From: an uncultured archaeon
GTDB taxonomy: Archaea; Asgardarchaeota; Lokiarchaeia; Sigyniarchaeales; SOKP01
DNA: 10,129 nt
Assembly (NCBI GenBank): GCA_964583985.1
Contig: CAZOYD010000098.1
Span: forward strand, 1 to 10,129
Direction: 5' to 3'
In this document: piece after piece, positions 7,502 through 10,129 of the stretch
How positions within the stretch are numbered: position 1 is the first letter of the stretch
Layout: every line of letters starts with the position of its first letter
Notes under the pieces: model-generated
What the model was told of the DNA's origin: nothing
Seen by the model: only the letters and a program-made list of their open reading frames with translations
The model's database searches: none
Program-made: the position numbers and the translations under genes

Positions 7502-9004
7502 ATGAAAATGAATAAACTTAAGGTATTAGAAAAAGAAGAAATTAGCCTAATCCATGGGAAAACTTTGGAACTTTTAGAAAAAATTGGAGTAAAAGTAGAA
7601 TCTGAAGAAGCTCGTAGTCTAATAAAGGAAAATGGAGGAATAGTGGACGATAAAACGCACTTTGTGAAATTCCCTGAAAATTTAGTATTAAAACAACTTA
7701 AATATGTCCCAGAATCTTTTACTTTATGGGGGTCTGATGGGTCCTATAGTGTTGAAGTGAATACAAGAAGTGTTAATTTTGCGACTGTGGGAACTCCTGT
7801 AAAGATCAATGACCAAACTAAGAAAAATGGAGTGCGAAAAACCGTGTTGACCGACACGATAAAACAAATTCGTATTGTTGATGCCTTGAAAAACGTGTGT
7901 TGTTCTCACGTTGATGTATGGCCGAATGATATTCCTTACTTGGAATTACATTACCATGCTATTAAAGCGTGGGCTGAAAATAGTGTTAAACCGTATGGTT
8001 TGGGGTGTCTAGGAAGATTGGCATCCCAAGACATGATGAACCTCACATCATTTATAGTAGGAGGAGAGGAAGAATTAAAGAAAAAGCCCCGTTTAATTGG
8101 ATTTTTTAATCCTGTAAGTCCATTAATGATGAGTACACTTTTATTAAATGGATTATTTATTTTTGCTAAATATAATCAGCCCTTAATCATCGCTCCGGCA
8201 GCTAGTGCAGGTTCAACAGCTCCAGTTACATTGGCGGGATTACTCATTCAATCTAATATGGAAACCTTATCTTCAATAACATTAGCTCAACTTATCAATC
8301 CAAGATGCCCGGTCTTTTATTCAACTATGAATGCCCCCATGGATCCTCGAACGGGAAACGTTGCTTGGGGAAGCATTGAAACGGGGTTAATAACAATTGG
8401 AGCAGCTCAATTAGCACGATATTATAACATCCCTTCAAGAGGACCCGGTTTAGTGACTGAATCCAAATGTTTTGACATTCAAAATGGTTTTGAGAGGATA
8501 ATGACATTATTCTGCGCTGCAAATGCAGGAATTAATTATATCACTTGTGCCGGTACTTATGAATCTTCTCTTGCTGAATCGTTAGAACTGCTTGTAATTG
8601 ATGATGAATTGATAGATATCGTTAAACGGGGAATGTATGGTATCAAGGTAGATGATAATACCATGGCTATAAATGAAATTGAACGAGTAGCAACAGAAGG
8701 AAAGAATTATTTAATGTTAAAGCACACTTCAATAAACACAAGAAAAGAACTTTTTGTTCCTAAGCTAGCAGATCGAGATCGTAGAGGTGCATGGCAGAGG
8801 AATGGTTCAAAAGATATCATTGAACGGGCAAGAGAAAAGGTCAATCAAATTCTTGAAAGTCAGAAGGGCCCAGGAATTTCAAATGAAGTGGAAAAAGAAT
8901 TTCAAGAATATTACAAGAAGATCTCTTCACGTACATATGAAGATTATCAAAAAGCTGAAGGAATGGATAAAACTGAAGGGATAAAATTACCCGGTATGGA
9001 GTGA
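7502..9004 (+). CDS. Trimethylamine methyltransferase (MttB) superfamily protein, non-pyrrolysine, paralog 2
   Basis: Collinear with paralog 1 (roughly half of residues identical by eye). NPVSPL, AGSTAPVTLAGLL, DPRTG..GSIE, YNIPSRGPGLVTESK. Val at the Pyl-equivalent position. Confidence 0.92.
   Translation: MKMNKLKVLEKEEISLIHGKTLELLEKIGVKVESEEARSLIKENGGIVDDKTHFVKFPENLVLKQLKYVPESFTLWGSDGSYSVEVNTRSVNFATVGTPVKINDQTKKNGVRKTVLTDTIKQIRIVDALKNVCCSHVDVWPNDIPYLELHYHAIKAWAENSVKPYGLGCLGRLASQDMMNLTSFIVGGEEELKKKPRLIGFFNPVSPLMMSTLLLNGLFIFAKYNQPLIIAPAASAGSTAPVTLAGLLIQSNMETLSSITLAQLINPRCPVFYSTMNAPMDPRTGNVAWGSIETGLITIGAAQLARYYNIPSRGPGLVTESKCFDIQNGFERIMTLFCAANAGINYITCAGTYESSLAESLELLVIDDELIDIVKRGMYGIKVDDNTMAINEIERVATEGKNYLMLKHTSINTRKELFVPKLADRDRRGAWQRNGSKDIIERAREKVNQILESQKGPGISNEVEKEFQEYYKKISSRTYEDYQKAEGMDKTEGIKLPGME
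8006..8040 (+). repeat. 35-bp perfect inverted repeat, copy 2 (partner 6168-6202)
   Basis: TGTCTAGGAAGATTGGCATCCCAAGACATGATGAA, encoding CLGRLASQDMM(N) in both MttB paralogs. Confidence 0.9.
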
Positions 9005-9009
9005 TTAAA

Positions 9010-10129
9010 ATGGAAGAAGAAAGAAAAACACCAGATCAAATCAATAAAGAATTAAGAGAAAAGTGGGATCAATGGCAATTTGATACACAGCAGATTAGAG
9101 CTGGAGAAGATCCTTATCCCTCTACATCACATAGCCTAAGAACGCCAATTTATGCAACGAAATCTTATACTTATTCAACCATGTCTGAAATGTTAAAAAA
9201 TAATTATTTCTATTCAAGAACTGAAAATCCAACATTATACGCTTTAGATAAGAAAATGGCAACCCTCCATGGAGGTGAGGAGGCGTTATCGGTGGCATCT
9301 GGAATGGCTGCTGTTCATTTATCTCTTTCTAGCGTCTTTCAAGAAAGGATAGATAGAATGAGACCGAAAAAAGTCGAAAATTATTACCCTCAAAATAACC
9401 CTACGCATTTTCCGAATATTATCATTCACAAGCATCAATATACTGGCGTATTTCGGTTATTAACTAAAATATATCCACAAATGGGTAATACAGCCATTAG
9501 TGTAGATATGCGTAATTTAAAGGAAGTAGAAAGTGCGATAACAGAACAAACTAAAGCCGTATTTTTTGAAACTCCGACAAATCCTTCCATTGATATTATT
9601 GATATCGAAGAAATTTCAAGTCTCATTCATGAAGTGGGGGGAAAATGCATTGTTGATAACACGTTTGCCTCACCAGCACTTCAACAACCCTTTAAACACG
9701 GAGCAGATTTAGTAATTGAAAGTTTAACTAAATATGTCAATGGTCACGGAGATACTCTTGGTGGTGTTATTATTGGACCAAAAGCAGAAATTCGAAACAT
9801 TCGATATTTTTGGCAAGAGACTCAAGGTCCAGTGATGAGTGCATTTAGTGCTTGGCTCATTCTAAGAGGTATAAGAACATTAAGTCTAAGGATGGAAAAA
9901 CATTGTTCAAATGCTATGAAGATTGCTAAATTCTTATCCTCACATCCAAAAGTGAAGGATGTGATTTATCCGGGCTTAGATTCTCATCCAGGTTATGAAA
10001 TAGCCAAAAAACAAATGAAAAATTTTGGAGGAATGGTAGATTTCGAGTTAAAAACCGTAGAAGAATGCTACAAGTTAATGGAACTCTTTAAATTGATAAA
10101 GGTTGGAGTTTCATTAGGAGATACAACTT
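9010..10129 (+). CDS. PLP-dependent Cys/Met-metabolism enzyme (methionine gamma-lyase / cystathionine gamma-synthase/lyase family), 3' end outside the window
   Basis: Open frame from ATG 9010 (SD-like GGAGTGA at 8998-9004) to the window edge, 373 codons. Motifs TPIYATKSY, YSRTENPT, SGMAA, ETPTNP, VDNTFASP, SLTKYVNGHGD (PLP Lys241 at 9730-9732), LRGIRTL, YPGL, VSLGD. Absent from the ORF track, presumably because there is no stop in the window. Confidence 0.92.
   Translation, partial: MEEERKTPDQINKELREKWDQWQFDTQQIRAGEDPYPSTSHSLRTPIYATKSYTYSTMSEMLKNNYFYSRTENPTLYALDKKMATLHGGEEALSVASGMAAVHLSLSSVFQERIDRMRPKKVENYYPQNNPTHFPNIIIHKHQYTGVFRLLTKIYPQMGNTAISVDMRNLKEVESAITEQTKAVFFETPTNPSIDIIDIEEISSLIHEVGGKCIVDNTFASPALQQPFKHGADLVIESLTKYVNGHGDTLGGVIIGPKAEIRNIRYFWQETQGPVMSAFSAWLILRGIRTLSLRMEKHCSNAMKIAKFLSSHPKVKDVIYPGLDSHPGYEIAKKQMKNFGGMVDFELKTVEECYKLMELFKLIKVGVSLGDTT

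Noticed and set aside
5177-9004. Pyrrolysine (amber) readthrough in the MttB genes
   Set aside because: Both frames are uninterrupted, with GGA and GTG at the Pyl-equivalent codon. The TAG at 8451-8453 is out of frame.
6312-9626. Nested ORFs 6312-6605, 7724-7909, 8325-8522, 8787-8984 and 9435-9626
   Set aside because: All are short, lie inside well-supported genes and have no recognisable features.
1-10129. CRISPR array, IS element or rRNA
   Set aside because: No regularly spaced repeats, transposase motifs or long structured GC-rich non-coding region were seen.

Overview
AT-rich archaeal chromosomal DNA, most likely from an Asgard archaeon (Lokiarchaeia-like). This is inferred from a gelsolin-domain gene, an archaeal-type intronless, CCA-less tRNA-Leu and GAGGTGA/GGAGTGA Shine-Dalgarno motifs. 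Left to right: a DUF166-family Cys-rich protein; a P1B-2 (Zn/Cd/Pb-type) ATPase with an unusual C-terminal Cys/His domain and an upstream 10-10-10 palindrome; tRNA-Leu(CAG) on the minus strand; a single-domain gelsolin with an unrecognised C-terminal domain; an unannotated 46-aa polybasic single-TM peptide; and a VTT/DedA (VMP1-like) membrane protein. The right half is a divergent methyl-transfer locus: a corrinoid protein plus a non-pyrrolysine MttB-family methyltransferase (minus), and a second MttB paralog plus a Cys/Met-metabolism PLP lyase (plus, cut by the window edge). Best candidates for new biology: (1) the MttB x2 / corrinoid / PLP-lyase module, possibly for methyl-sulfur or methylated amino-acid catabolism; (2) identical DNA tracts (35 bp, 23 bp, 32/33 bp) between the otherwise diverged inverted MttB paralogs; (3) the gelsolin / basic TM peptide / VMP1-like cluster. 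All family calls come from motif recognition by eye, not from database searches.
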